Source: Phoronis australis (lineage: Eukaryota > Animalia > Phoronida). From it: DNA of 64,000 nt. This document shows positions 63,701 to 64,000 of the stretch, one piece after another (position 1 is the first letter of the stretch; every line of letters starts with the position of its first letter). The stretch lies in NCBI GenBank assembly GCA_002633005.1, contig NMRA01000218.1, positions 62,001 to 126,000 of the forward strand. Direction: 5' to 3'. A program made the position numbers and the translations under genes. The notes under the pieces are model-generated. The model was not told the DNA's origin and searched no databases. It saw only the letters and a list, made by a program, of their open reading frames with translations.

Positions 63701-64000
63701 CCGAATAAATGCCTCACTATCTGTACACTTGACACCAGCAGTTGTAATTATTATACCAAATAAATGCCCATGGGCGTTTATTCGGCATAATTTTCCTAAT
63801 AAACGGCTGTTTCATCGGGTGGGCTTATCTACGGAAAACCTTGGTACCAACAAATGTTGACTCAATTTGAAATTCCACACAGCACTAATTTGACGAAGAT
63901 GAAATCTCAAACTTCAAACTGAAAAACATCACAAACTTGGCACTACAAGGGGCTTTACATGACAGATGGTCATGAGCAGCCTCTGGCTTACTTGTAGAAC
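51736..64000 (-). CDS. Multi-exon gene (5' end beyond window): helical/ARM-like region followed by a SPRY domain (RSPRY1/RNF123-like) and a second degenerate SPRY domain
   Basis: Minus-strand exons with splice sites: 63992->64000, 63228-63325, 62667-62764, 62149-62249, 61501-61641, 61110-61361, 59431-59612, 58138-58233 (VRNDSWTFESIRST...GWYYE), 56611-56769 (VTLKSGGVIQIGWAT...GVGDDSNSCAFDG), 56142-56256 (YGMEWAEGDVVSC...GIDMGVAFK), 54283-54523 (YSPPNGYLP...SLYYEI), 52913-53063 or 52333-52483 (FGCG...VFFTIDG), 51736-51938 (LNINFGDGYFMY, stop). At least one exon (phase 1 to 2, after GVAFK) is not found and is probably lost at the n-join at 55230. Confidence 0.8.
52058..53216. repeat. ~579-bp near-identical tandem duplication (52058-52636 / 52638-53216) including a coding exon; probable allelic assembly overlap
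   Basis: The copies are separated by a single n at 52637. I counted about 7 substitutions by eye, all outside the exon. Confidence 0.85.
54902..54932 (+). mobile_element. tRNA-derived SINE head (A-box) truncated by a TA|CAG-starting DNA element
   Basis: gggtcctcagtagctcaatggtaagagcac is a tRNA-like 5' half with an A box. It is followed directly by ta-cagtcaagtg... (Tc1/mariner-like start). No B box or 3' half. Confidence 0.4.
55231..55883. repeat. 183-bp direct repeats (55231-55413, 55701-55883) around a ~287-bp core; non-autonomous element of uncertain class
   Basis: The repeats are identical except gcgacgc/gcggcgc. The left copy abuts the n at 55230. Confidence 0.75.
57061..57438. mobile_element. 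GC-rich MITE with ~40-bp TIRs
   Basis: gttatacccccatcacaccggaggtgcggtgtcact... / ...gtagtggcaccgcgcctctggtgtggtgggagtataac. Confidence 0.8.
58488..58576 (+). mobile_element. PIF/Harbinger-like MITE family A, copy 4 (right end only, truncated by n-join)
   Basis: attttgaatttaaatcgaacgcaaccaccc...ctggaacagccc followed by TCA. Confidence 0.85.
63407..63846. mobile_element. MITE with imperfect TIRs
   Basis: tactcccgggattttcagtagataagccca / tgggcttatctacggaaaaccttggta; internal aataaatgcc-type subrepeats. Confidence 0.65.

Overview
AT-rich, intron-rich eukaryotic (invertebrate-metazoan-like) scaffold with one N-gap (11640-11864) and several single-n contig joins. It is not prokaryotic, and most short six-frame ORFs are spurious or exon fragments. 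Genes reconstructed by hand: (1) the 5' end of a minus-strand secreted or membrane LRR-type gene (signal peptide plus LRRNT cap, exon 12544-12803); (2) a complete 30-exon cohesin SMC3 gene on + (ATG 18427, stop 42146, 1208 aa by my exon sum) with a U12-type AT-AC intron (30947-31471); (3) a TRIM-NHL E3 ligase with a single coding exon on + (47082-49178) and three B-boxes; (4) the 3' part of a minus-strand multi-exon gene with a helical/ARM-like region followed by two SPRY domains, including a GC-AG intron (51736 to >64000). Non-coding DNA holds many non-autonomous transposons: four copies of a PIF/Harbinger-like MITE with 3-bp TSDs, a Helentron/HINE-like element, TTAA-flanked MITEs, foldback elements, an RTE-type retrotransposon 5'-UTR structured fragment and an HSE-rich LTR-like fragment. 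There are also 36-bp minisatellites. Two ~0.55 kb near-identical duplications at single-n joins are most likely allelic assembly overlaps. I found no evidence of a wholly new multi-gene system. The most promising leads are the unusual domain architectures and the heat-shock-element-bearing insertion. All calls are by eye; no searches were run.
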